From: an uncultured archaeon
GTDB taxonomy: Archaea; Iainarchaeota; Iainarchaeia; Iainarchaeales; CSSED10-239
DNA length: 32,000 nt
NCBI GenBank assembly: GCA_964496765.1
Contig: CAZCAP010000004.1
Span: 22,956-54,955 of the forward strand
Reading direction: 5' to 3'
Part shown: one piece after another, positions 8,219 through 15,231 of the stretch
How the letters are laid out: every line of letters begins with the position of its first letter
Position numbering within the stretch: the first letter of the stretch is position 1
Made by a program: the position numbers and the translations under genes
Notes under the pieces: generated by a model
Seen by the model: only the letters and a program-made list of their open reading frames with translations
The model's database searches: none
Told to the model about the DNA's origin: nothing

Positions 8219-8260
8219 ATAAATCTAACTCCTTTATTTTTTTTATTCAGCCTTTGGTTC
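8207..8260. repeat. Copy 2 of the ~54-bp direct repeat (end of L7Ae + RBS + start codons of the micro-ORF)
   Basis: ttcttcagTcatataAatctAActcctttatttTttttattcagcCtttggttc, offset by 200 bp from copy 1. Confidence 0.9.
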
Positions 8261-8902
8261 TGCAACCTTATGCTCAACTTTTGGTGCTTCCTTGTGTTCA
8301 ACCTTTGGTTCTACAACCTTATGCTCAACTTTTGGTGCTTCCTTATGTTCAGCCTTTGGTTCTACAACCTTATGCTCAACTTTTGGAGCTTCCTTGTGTT
8401 CAGCCTTTGGTTCTACAACCTTATGCTCAACTTTTGGAGCTTCCTTGTGTTCAGCCTTTGGTTCTACAACCTTATGCTCAGCTTTTGGTGCTTCCTTGTG
8501 TACAGGTGCTTTATGTTCAGCCTTTGGTGCTTCCTTGTGTTCAGTTATTTCCTGAATCTTACCAATAAGTGATTGTAATTCTTTTGTTACAACTCCAGCA
8601 TCCATTACAGCTATACAACTAGCTTTTGCAGAAATTCCAACTGCTTTTCCAAGATCATCCTTTGTTTTCACATAGGTGTATGGAATGTTTTTTTCTTTTG
8701 CAATTACAGGGATGTGCATTACGATTTCAACAGGTGTAACATCTTCAGCAATAACAACTAATTTAGCTGTATTTCTTTCAATTGCTTTAGTAACTTCATT
8801 TATACCTATCTTTATCTTACCTGATTTTGCAATTTTTTTAAGAGTCTCATCTTGAAGAGATCTTAAATCCTCTGATACAGAAAACTTTATGTAATCTGAC
8901 AT
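8243..8902 (-). CDS. rpl7ae: Ribosomal protein L7Ae (eL8) with ~100-aa low-complexity K/E/H/P tail
   Basis: Core '[66 protein letters not shown]'-type L7Ae signature (here [59 protein letters not shown]); followed by [17 protein letters not shown] repeats. Confidence 0.94.
   Translation of the reverse strand: [219 protein letters not shown]
8260..8500 (-). repeat. 51-bp tandem repeat, ~5 units, encoding a 17-aa unit ([17 protein letters not shown])
   Basis: Unit starts ('ctacaaccttatgctcaac...') at 8260, 8311, 8362, 8413 and 8464, an exact 51-bp period. Confidence 0.92.
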
Positions 8903-8931
8903 AATACTTCTACCTCCATGGTTTTGTCATC
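8895..8931 (-). promoter_or_regulatory. Candidate kink-turn spanning the L7Ae Shine-Dalgarno and start codon
   Basis: mRNA sense: GA-UGACA-(AAACCAUGGAGGUAGAAGUAUUA)-UGUCA-GA, a 5-bp helix followed by tandem GA/GA; C-stem side is weak. Confidence 0.35.
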
Positions 8932-8983
8932 GGTTTTTTTGTTAAAAAATAGCTTTAACTATATATATTATATATAGGGAAAA

Positions 8984-8992
8984 GTATATAAA
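8984..8992 (-). promoter_or_regulatory. TATA box of the L7Ae operon
   Basis: Minus strand TTTATATAC at an appropriate distance upstream of the L7Ae ATG (8902), in the only sizeable gap of that gene set. Confidence 0.5.
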
Positions 8993-9043
8993 TAGATAGA
9001 TGAAAAAGAAAAAGAAAAAATTAAATTATTGAAAAAAGCAATT

Positions 9044-9778
9044 CTACTTCTTCCAGTAATCATCAAAATGAGAAAGCAATGCTGTTGCAAGACTTGGATT
9101 ATTCTCTAGAACAGTAAGATGATATGATTTTTTTGGATTTGTTAAATCTGTTAAAGCCATAATTATTTTCTTTCTATCAAGAACAAATGCATCCAAAGAA
9201 TGATTAACTTCCTGAACATTAAAATGCTTAGGTAAGTCATGCACCTTGGTCATTGATTTTGTTAAAAACTTCACAGAAATATTTTTGTTTGCCATTAAAC
9301 CTTTAAATGCATCAGCTCTATCATCCATGTGTGTAAACCCATGAACTTCCTTTTGCACACTTTGAAATTCCTGTGCTAAAAATTTATTATAATCTTTAAT
9401 ATTATTAACCTGTAATATTTTTTCAGTTGGACCATTTGCTTTCTCTGACCAATGTTTACCAGCAACAAGCTCATCAACCTTTCCAGCGAGTTCTTTAAAT
9501 TCTTTACTTTTAACTAAAAGTAAATTATTAAATATTTCATCAGGATTAATAACTTTATAGGTTTTTGGTTTCTTATAAACTTCTAGAACAAGCCCTCTTT
9601 CTTTTAACTTTTCAAGAACATCATATATTCTTGTTTTAGGGATTTCTGAATTTCTACTTATTGTTGGAGCATCACATTCAGAAAATTTAAATAAAGTAAC
9701 TAGTGCTTTTGCTTCATATTCTGTTAAATTAAGCTCTTTTAATAATCCAACAACATTATTTTCTTTCATATCTTGCAC
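9044..9778 (-). CDS. TrmB family transcriptional regulator
   Basis: N-terminal winged helix 'LLKELNLTEYEAKALVTLFKFSECDAPTISRNSEIPKTRIYDVLEKLKERGLVLEV..KPKTYKVINPDE'. Confidence 0.92.
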   Translation of the reverse strand: MQDMKENNVVGLLKELNLTEYEAKALVTLFKFSECDAPTISRNSEIPKTRIYDVLEKLKERGLVLEVYKKPKTYKVINPDEIFNNLLLVKSKEFKELAGKVDELVAGKHWSEKANGPTEKILQVNNIKDYNKFLAQEFQSVQKEVHGFTHMDDRADAFKGLMANKNISVKFLTKSMTKVHDLPKHFNVQEVNHSLDAFVLDRKKIIMALTDLTNPKKSYHLTVLENNPSLATALLSHFDDYWKK

Positions 9779-9820
9779 CCATTACTAATTATATTAATAT
9801 AAAACTATATTATATATATT

Positions 9821-9846
9821 ACCATATGGTTTAAATAGTTAACTAT
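9821..9846 (-). promoter_or_regulatory. Promoter/operator region of the TrmB gene: TATA-like TATTTAAA (9830..9837) flanked by palindromes ACCATATGGT (9821..9830) and ATAGTTAACTAT (9835..9846)
   Basis: Perfect palindromes read directly; position upstream of the TrmB start. Confidence 0.45.
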
Positions 9847-9865
9847 AACACGTTAACAGTTCTTT

Positions 9866-10660
9866 TTAATTCACAACTGATTTTTCAAGCCTTTCAAATC
9901 TTCCCTGTCTTCTTGGTCCAAATCCAGTTCCTGCTCCTCCAGGTCTTGAAAATCTACTTGATCCAAATCTTGAAGAGTTTCTGGACATTTCCTTATCATC
10001 CTTTGAATCATCTGAAAGAGTGTACACAAAATCTTCGATTTTATAGGCATACTCTGCCTCTGATTTTATAAGCCCATTCATTATCATAAGTTCTCTATTT
10101 AAAAGCCAAAAGAACAATGCAACAGATTTTCTTCCTTTATTATTAAAAGGAATTATTAAATCAATATCTCTAACATTACTTGAAGTGGTTGATAGTGCTG
10201 CAATCGGAGCTCTTATTTTCTTAGCTTCAACAATAGCCTGTCTATCTATGTTTGGATCAATAATAAATACCATTTTAGGTTCAGTAAAATGTTCTGATTC
10301 TGGATTTGTAAATGTTCCTGGAATAAATCTATCAACCTTTACATTATATCCGAAATTTTTTTCAAGTAATTTTAAACCAAATAAAGCATATTTTTTTCTA
10401 GATACAAACATAATATCGCTTGGATTGTATTTCGATATAAAATCAATTGCAATCTTTATTCTTTTATCAATTATTTGAACATCCATAACATTTAATTTAT
10501 CACTTCTAGATTTAAAGATAAATCTTCTCATGGCACCATTTTTATACTTGGTACCGATGTGAATTCCATTCTTTAAATAGAGATCAACATTAACTAATGT
10601 TCTCATTCCAGAATTTACTGGAGAATTATTATTTTCTTTTGATTCGTTTGCTTTTTCCAT
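9866..10660 (-). CDS. rps2: Ribosomal protein uS2 with R/G/F-rich C-terminal tail
   Basis: YLKNGIHIGTKYKNGAMRRFIFKSR..., 'FIIDPNIDRQAIVEAKKIRAPIAALSTT...DLIIPFNNKGRKSVALFFWLLNRELM'. Confidence 0.95.
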   Translation of the reverse strand: MEKANESKENNNSPVNSGMRTLVNVDLYLKNGIHIGTKYKNGAMRRFIFKSRSDKLNVMDVQIIDKRIKIAIDFISKYNPSDIMFVSRKKYALFGLKLLEKNFGYNVKVDRFIPGTFTNPESEHFTEPKMVFIIDPNIDRQAIVEAKKIRAPIAALSTTSSNVRDIDLIIPFNNKGRKSVALFFWLLNRELMIMNGLIKSEAEYAYKIEDFVYTLSDDSKDDKEMSRNSSRFGSSRFSRPGGAGTGFGPRRQGRFERLEKSVVN

Positions 10661-10689
10661 TTGTTTTCACATTTTATTAATTTCTATTT

Positions 10690-10881
10690 TTAATATTCCA
10701 TAATCTCATCTATTGTTTCAACATGTGATAGGAACATTCGTCTACAACAATATTTGGTTACTCCAAGGTGATCTAAAGCTTGAGCTTCTGTTTTTTTCTC
10801 TTCTTTAATTAATCTTAAATATTCATCATACTTATCAGCAACAACCTGACCGCATGAAAAACAACGAACTGGAATTATCAT
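10690..10881 (-). CDS. rpo10: DNA-directed RNA polymerase subunit Rpo10 (RpoN)
   Basis: [24 protein letters not shown]...[26 protein letters not shown]. Confidence 0.97.
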   Translation of the reverse strand: MIIPVRCFSCGQVVADKYDEYLRLIKEEKKTEAQALDHLGVTKYCCRRMFLSHVETIDEIMEY

Positions 10882-10888
10882 ATATCAT

Positions 10889-11293
10889 TCACCTCTTAGA
10901 GTGTTGCTTTTTCTTTCTAGCACCTAAACCAAGTTGTTTCTTTGGTTCTTTATTCCTCACATCATCAACAACCATGTAACGATCATAGGCAATCATTTTA
11001 TCTCTTAATGTTTTCTTATTACCACCAGCAAGTAAAATTCCTTTTGCAATACAAGATCTAACTGCTTGTGTTTGAGCAGAAGTTCCTCCACCAGATACGT
11101 GAACAAAAAAATCATAGCGAGAAAATTCATCAGGAACTACTTCTGAAACTTCTAATATAAGATCCCTATTATAACCTCTACTAAAAACATCTAGTGTTTT
11201 ATTATTAACTCTAATGTTTCCAGCTCCTGGTTTTATTGTGGCTCTTGCCATTGCGGTTTTTCTTGATGATTTAACTGTATAATTTTTTACCAT
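10889..11293 (-). CDS. rps9: Ribosomal protein uS9
   Basis: SRKTAMARATIKPGAGNIRVNNK...GGGTSAQTQAVRSCIAKGILLA...LGARKKKQHSKR. Confidence 0.96.
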   Translation of the reverse strand: MVKNYTVKSSRKTAMARATIKPGAGNIRVNNKTLDVFSRGYNRDLILEVSEVVPDEFSRYDFFVHVSGGGTSAQTQAVRSCIAKGILLAGGNKKTLRDKMIAYDRYMVVDDVRNKEPKKQLGLGARKKKQHSKR

Positions 11294-11325
11294 AGTTTAT
11301 CATTCTTTTATTTTTTTATTAATTT

Positions 11326-11748
11326 TTATTTAAGCTTAGCTCCAAGATATTTTGCAATTTCCTTTAAAGTAACGTGCTCAAGATCCTTTAATTTTTCTTC
11401 CTTTGGTACTTCCTTTGCATATGCTTCTGGAACATCAAGGAAAACCATTAATCTTTTCAATGCAACTGCTCCTTTTGGACTTCTTGGAAGCATTCCCCTA
11501 ACTGTTCTTTTAACAATCATATGTGGATATCTAGGATATTTTGGATTGTTTTCTGGATTTCCATGTTGCTTTTTTTCTGTTCTCTCGTGATACTTATTAA
11601 GAACTGATTTTTTATCTCCACTAATAATTACTTCGCTTGCATTAACAACAATTACCTTTTCTCTTGATTTTATTAGAGTTTCAGCTACATTCGTTGCAAG
11701 TCTTCCTAAAACTTTATTTTTACCATTTATTACAATCATAGATAACAC
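11326..11748 (-). CDS. rpl13: Ribosomal protein uL13
   Basis: VINGKNKVLGRLATNVAETL...VIVVNASEVIISG...PHMIVKRTVRGMLPRSPKGAVALKRLMVFLDVP. Confidence 0.95.
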   Translation of the reverse strand: MLSMIVINGKNKVLGRLATNVAETLIKSREKVIVVNASEVIISGDKKSVLNKYHERTEKKQHGNPENNPKYPRYPHMIVKRTVRGMLPRSPKGAVALKRLMVFLDVPEAYAKEVPKEEKLKDLEHVTLKEIAKYLGAKLK

Positions 11749-11755
11749 CTAAATT

Positions 11756-12124
11756 TCATTTAATAATAATTGCTTTTTTATAATCAATAGAATCTTTACA
11801 AAAATCCTTTATTGATTTTATATCCTTATATTTTGTTTTTGCAGATTCAGATATTGAATTCGCATAAATTATTATTTTTTTATTTAAAACACCAGAACCC
11901 AAAAGTTTACCAGGAACAATTACAATGGCTCCATCTTTAACTATTTTTAGAGTTTCTAGTTTACTTAAGTTAACCTTATTTTCTCTTCTTCTAGATACAT
12001 TTATTAATTCTGCAACTCTAATATAAATCTCTTTTTTCTTTTGTTTTCCTGTTGCATAAAGTAAATCAATGATTCCTTTTTTTTCAATATTCATAACATC
12101 TTTTTTCATTGTCATATAAACCAT
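11756..12124 (-). CDS. rpl18e: Ribosomal protein eL18
   Basis: RVAELINVSRRRENKVNLSKLE...AIVIVPGKLLGSGVLNKKIIIYANSISESAKTKY; located next to uL13. Start may be internal (Met at the second or third ATG). Confidence 0.9.
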   Translation of the reverse strand: MVYMTMKKDVMNIEKKGIIDLLYATGKQKKKEIYIRVAELINVSRRRENKVNLSKLETLKIVKDGAIVIVPGKLLGSGVLNKKIIIYANSISESAKTKYKDIKSIKDFCKDSIDYKKAIIIK

Positions 12125-12153
12125 CTTTTTTAATACTATTTTTTGATTTAAAA

Positions 12154-12235
12154 TGCAGGGAACAGGATTCGAACCTGCGAAGCACTAAGCACAGGATCTT
12201 AAGTCCTGCCCCTTTGACCACTCGGGAACCCCTGC
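12154..12235 (-). tRNA. tRNA-Leu (anticodon UAA)
   Basis: Minus strand GCAGGGGTTCCCGAGTGGTCAAAGGGGCAGGACTTAAGATCCTGTGCTTAGTGCTTCGCAGGTTCGAATCCTGTTCCCTGCA: 7-bp acceptor stem, long variable arm, TTCGAAT T-loop, anticodon loop CTTAAGA; CCA not encoded. Confidence 0.95.
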
Positions 12236-12259
12236 CTAATCATTCACAATCCCTTGAGC

Positions 12260-12997
12260 CTACTTTAATTTTTTCTTTAATACTGATATATACTCCTTAT
12301 TATACCTTTCAAGTAATTCTAATAATTCTTTTATATTAGTTTGACCAATCAATTCAATGTTCAATATATAATTACTAGTACCATTAAGTTTTAAACACTC
12401 TTTTTTACAAGAATCCATACAAGCTAAACAGCCATCACACATTTCAGAATTTTTTAAAACAGGCTTTCCACCATGCATCTCAATACATTTTTTTGGGCAT
12501 GCCACAGCACACAATTTACAAGAATCACAACCTTTTTTTGTTTCAAGCTCATACATCTGTGTATAGGAAACAATTGCAGGAGAATATTTAACATGATCAT
12601 GGCCAACTCCAAGTGTAGCATAGGCATGTAATTTTAAAATCTCATTTTTATTTAGTTTGGTTAAATTTATTGTATCATATGCTACTTTAATATCATTATC
12701 TGAAGAAATTAAATCCTTGGAATAAACAATTCCTGGACCTTCTTTTTCAAGTATAAAGGTTACTTTTTTACCAGTATTAACTAATGGAGTATTAATTGGA
12801 GTTAATGCGATTCTATTTGCAAGCAACTCATCAATTATGCATGAATCGTTTTCATAAAATTCAATTTCATCTATTGCATAGGTAGGAAGACGATAACCTA
12901 TTGATCTTCTAAGGGTATTAAGATAAACAACATCAGTGTTTTCAATAATAAATCTATATGTTTTTTTATCGTTATCTAAAAACTTTACTCTTACCAT
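12260..12997 (-). CDS. rpo3: DNA-directed RNA polymerase subunit Rpo3 (RpoD) with ferredoxin-like Fe-S domain
   Basis: NTDVVYLNTLRRSIGYRLPTYAIDEIEF...LANRIALTPINTPL; insert CDSCKLCAVACPKKC...CDGCLACMDSCKKEC. Confidence 0.95.
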   Translation of the reverse strand: MVRVKFLDNDKKTYRFIIENTDVVYLNTLRRSIGYRLPTYAIDEIEFYENDSCIIDELLANRIALTPINTPLVNTGKKVTFILEKEGPGIVYSKDLISSDNDIKVAYDTINLTKLNKNEILKLHAYATLGVGHDHVKYSPAIVSYTQMYELETKKGCDSCKLCAVACPKKCIEMHGGKPVLKNSEMCDGCLACMDSCKKECLKLNGTSNYILNIELIGQTNIKELLELLERYNKEYISVLKKKLK

Positions 12998-13039
12998 ATT
13001 TGTACACTCGCCTATTTATTAATATTTATTTAATTTATT

Positions 13040-13426
13040 TTATTTTTTGGTTCTATACCCTTTCTTTTTTCTACAACCATCATGTGGGATAGGAGTTGTA
13101 TTTTGAATACTTAATATTCTAAGCCCATATCTTGTTAATGATTTAAGAGCTGGTTCTGCTCCTTGTCCAGGATTATTATAAAGATTCCCACCTGGTGCTC
13201 TAATCTTAACATGAACCTCTCCGATTCCTCTATCTCTTGCTTTTTCAGCAATAATTTGTCCGATCTTCATAGCAATGTATGGTGACCCTTCCTTGTGCTG
13301 TGATTTGGTTAATTGTCCACCTGATGATTTTGCAATAATTTCTGCTCCTGTTTCATCAGTCAACACAACAATAGTATTATTTCTTGATGCAAAAATATTT
13401 ACAATTCCTATTTTATCTCCAGCCAT
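13040..13426 (-). CDS. rps11: Ribosomal protein uS11
   Basis: GIVNIFASRNNTIVVLTDETGAEIIAKSSGG...RGIGEVHVKIRAPGG...GLRILSIQNTTPIPHDGCRKKKGYR. Confidence 0.97.
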   Translation of the reverse strand: MAGDKIGIVNIFASRNNTIVVLTDETGAEIIAKSSGGQLTKSQHKEGSPYIAMKIGQIIAEKARDRGIGEVHVKIRAPGGNLYNNPGQGAEPALKSLTRYGLRILSIQNTTPIPHDGCRKKKGYRTKK

Positions 13427-13432
13427 ATTTCA

Positions 13433-14029
13433 TCACTCCACTTTTCCCTCTTTATTTTCTACGTTAGCTGGTGTGTGCTTATTATTTTCTGTTTTATTAT
13501 CTTTATCTTTTAAAATGGGTTTACCTTTCATTTCAATAGATTTATCAATTACATTTTTAATATGTGTTTTTGTGTAAGATATAACCTCATCAACTCTAAC
13601 AATAGATCCGGGAATATTTCTTTTTCTTCCATTAATTGCAATATGTCCGTGAACAATTAATTGACGAGCTTGAAGTGGAGTTAATGCAAGTCCTTTTCTC
13701 AGAACAATAGTTTGTAATCTTCTATCCAAAAAATCAGTTAAAGTTAATTTTAAAACATCTTCAATCGTATGATCCTTTGTGAATATTCCAAGCTTAATTA
13801 ATCTACCTAAAATTTCAGTCTTTCTAATTTCGAAATTATCAGATCTACCAGCTAAAAGAAGTCTTGCTCTTTTTCTTAATTCTCTCACCTCGGTTTCTGC
13901 TTTCCAAAGTTCTTTTTTTGTTCTAAGACCATACTCATCCATGATTTTTCTATCTGCAAGTATTCTTTGCTTGTTCCACTTCATTCTTGGAACATCATAT
14001 AATCTATTTAATCTTTTTGGATCACCCAT
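13433..14029 (-). CDS. rps4: Ribosomal protein uS4
   Basis: YGLRTKKELWKAETEVRELRKRARLLL...FLDRRLQTIVLRKGLALTPLQARQLIVHGHIAINGRKRNIPG. Confidence 0.96.
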   Translation of the reverse strand: MGDPKRLNRLYDVPRMKWNKQRILADRKIMDEYGLRTKKELWKAETEVRELRKRARLLLAGRSDNFEIRKTEILGRLIKLGIFTKDHTIEDVLKLTLTDFLDRRLQTIVLRKGLALTPLQARQLIVHGHIAINGRKRNIPGSIVRVDEVISYTKTHIKNVIDKSIEMKGKPILKDKDNKTENNKHTPANVENKEGKVE

Positions 14030-14045
14030 AATTTTTCACATTAAC

Positions 14046-14669
14046 TTATTTTCTATCCTTTTGTTTTGTAACACCAACAGATGCACCTTTTCTAAAAGTG
14101 GATCTTGTTCTTTGTCCTCTTACAGGAAGACCCCACTGTAATCTAAGTCCTCTGTAGCTCTTTAATTTACCTAATTTTTGTACTTCTTTTCTTTGAGCAA
14201 GTTTTAAATCTGCCATAATCAAATGTGCGTTTTTTGTTTCGATTCCATCATCAAGCTTAATTCTGTTAAGTAACCATGTGGGAACCTCTTTATCTAGCTC
14301 TTCAATAATCTTATCAAGAACAATAACTTCATCATCTGTTAAATAACCAACTTTATTAATATTTTTTCCAATTTTTTCTAAAAACTTTTTTTCAATTATT
14401 CTACCTAATCTAGTACTAATTCCATAGATCATCACAAGTCCATCTCCGATCTTTAAATACCCAGGAATATCAGTGGTGCATATTCTAACAATTCCTCTAA
14501 AATCCTGACTCTCTTTAGATAGATCTAAATGACTTGGAACTGCTCTTTGCTTTGAATAAATTCTTTCAGGTCTATTTTCCTTAATTCCAAGAGAAGAATC
14601 CTTCTTTACTTTCTTATCGGTTTGTTTAGCTCCTTTTTTTGGAGCTTCTTTTTTCTTTTTTACAGCCAT
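14046..14669 (-). CDS. rps13: Ribosomal protein uS13
   Basis: GIVRICTTDIPGYLKIGDGLVMIYGISTRLGRII...LRGLRLQWGLPVRGQRTRSTFRKG; N-terminal K-rich extension. Confidence 0.94.
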   Translation of the reverse strand: MAVKKKKEAPKKGAKQTDKKVKKDSSLGIKENRPERIYSKQRAVPSHLDLSKESQDFRGIVRICTTDIPGYLKIGDGLVMIYGISTRLGRIIEKKFLEKIGKNINKVGYLTDDEVIVLDKIIEELDKEVPTWLLNRIKLDDGIETKNAHLIMADLKLAQRKEVQKLGKLKSYRGLRLQWGLPVRGQRTRSTFRKGASVGVTKQKDRK

Positions 14670-14695
14670 ATTTAATCAATTTTATTTTTTATTTT

Positions 14696-14854
14696 TCATT
14701 CAATAGGAAATACATGAAGAACATTAACCTTCTTCTCTTTTCCTTTATCTTCAAAATAAATTTCATTTTTTTCTAATCTATTTATTTTAATTTTTTTACC
14801 AAAATCATTTCCTTGAATTATAATACAAGAATTTCCAACTTTTAATGCACCCAT
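14696..14854 (-). CDS. rpl14e: Ribosomal protein eL14 (short KOW-type), 52 aa, missing from the ORF track
   Basis: Hand translation MGALKVGNSCIIIQGNDFGKKIKINRLEKNEIYFEDKGKEKKVNVLHVFPIE; KOW-like N-terminus and 'xxVNVLHVFPIE' resembling the L14e '(R)RCNIxHLEP' end; syntenic position next to uS13 and eL34. Confidence 0.75.
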   Translation of the reverse strand: MGALKVGNSCIIIQGNDFGKKIKINRLEKNEIYFEDKGKEKKVNVLHVFPIE

Positions 14855-14866
14855 AATTTTTCACAT

Positions 14867-15208
14867 TTATTCAATTTTTTTAATTATCATATCTATATAT
14901 TTTGTGTATCTAAAATCAACTTCTTCCTTTGTTAATAATTTATATTTAAGTAAAACTGCTGATAAATAAATATCCTTTCTACAAACTGGACAAATCATTG
15001 ACGCAAGTGGTGCTTCTGGTCTTCTTTCGGTTTTTGAAAGCTTAAGAACTTCAAAAACACGTTTTCCATGTGGCATACCGTGAAGCATTTCTTTACAAAT
15101 TGCACATTTGTGTGTTCCTGTTTTCTTTTTCACTAATTGTCTTTTAATTAATCCTCTTGGACTTCTAACTTTTTTGTGTTTTTTAAATTTTTCATTTGGG
15201 CCTGGCAT
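14867..15208 (-). CDS. rpl34e: Ribosomal protein eL34
   Basis: KCAICKEMLHGMPHGKRVFEVLKLSKTERRPEAPLASMICPVCRKDI; two CxxC pairs. Confidence 0.9.
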   Translation of the reverse strand: MPGPNEKFKKHKKVRSPRGLIKRQLVKKKTGTHKCAICKEMLHGMPHGKRVFEVLKLSKTERRPEAPLASMICPVCRKDIYLSAVLLKYKLLTKEEVDFRYTKYIDMIIKKIE

Positions 15209-15231
15209 AAATTCACCTTTTTAAATAAATT

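Noticed and set aside
8042-8512. Possible CRISPR array or other non-coding repeat locus
   Set aside because: Periods of 15 and 51 bp without unique spacers, all in frame with a protein tail; coding tandem repeats, not CRISPR.
7961-8572. Several plus-strand repetitive ORFs (7961..8572, 8053..8568, 8292..8555)
   Set aside because: Antisense translations of the L7Ae tail and micro-ORF repeats; no independent RBS or domain.
12109-12339. Plus-strand ORF across the tRNA-Leu region (KCREQDSNLRSTKHRILSPAPLTTREP)
   Set aside because: This is the commonly seen spurious translation antisense to a tRNA gene.
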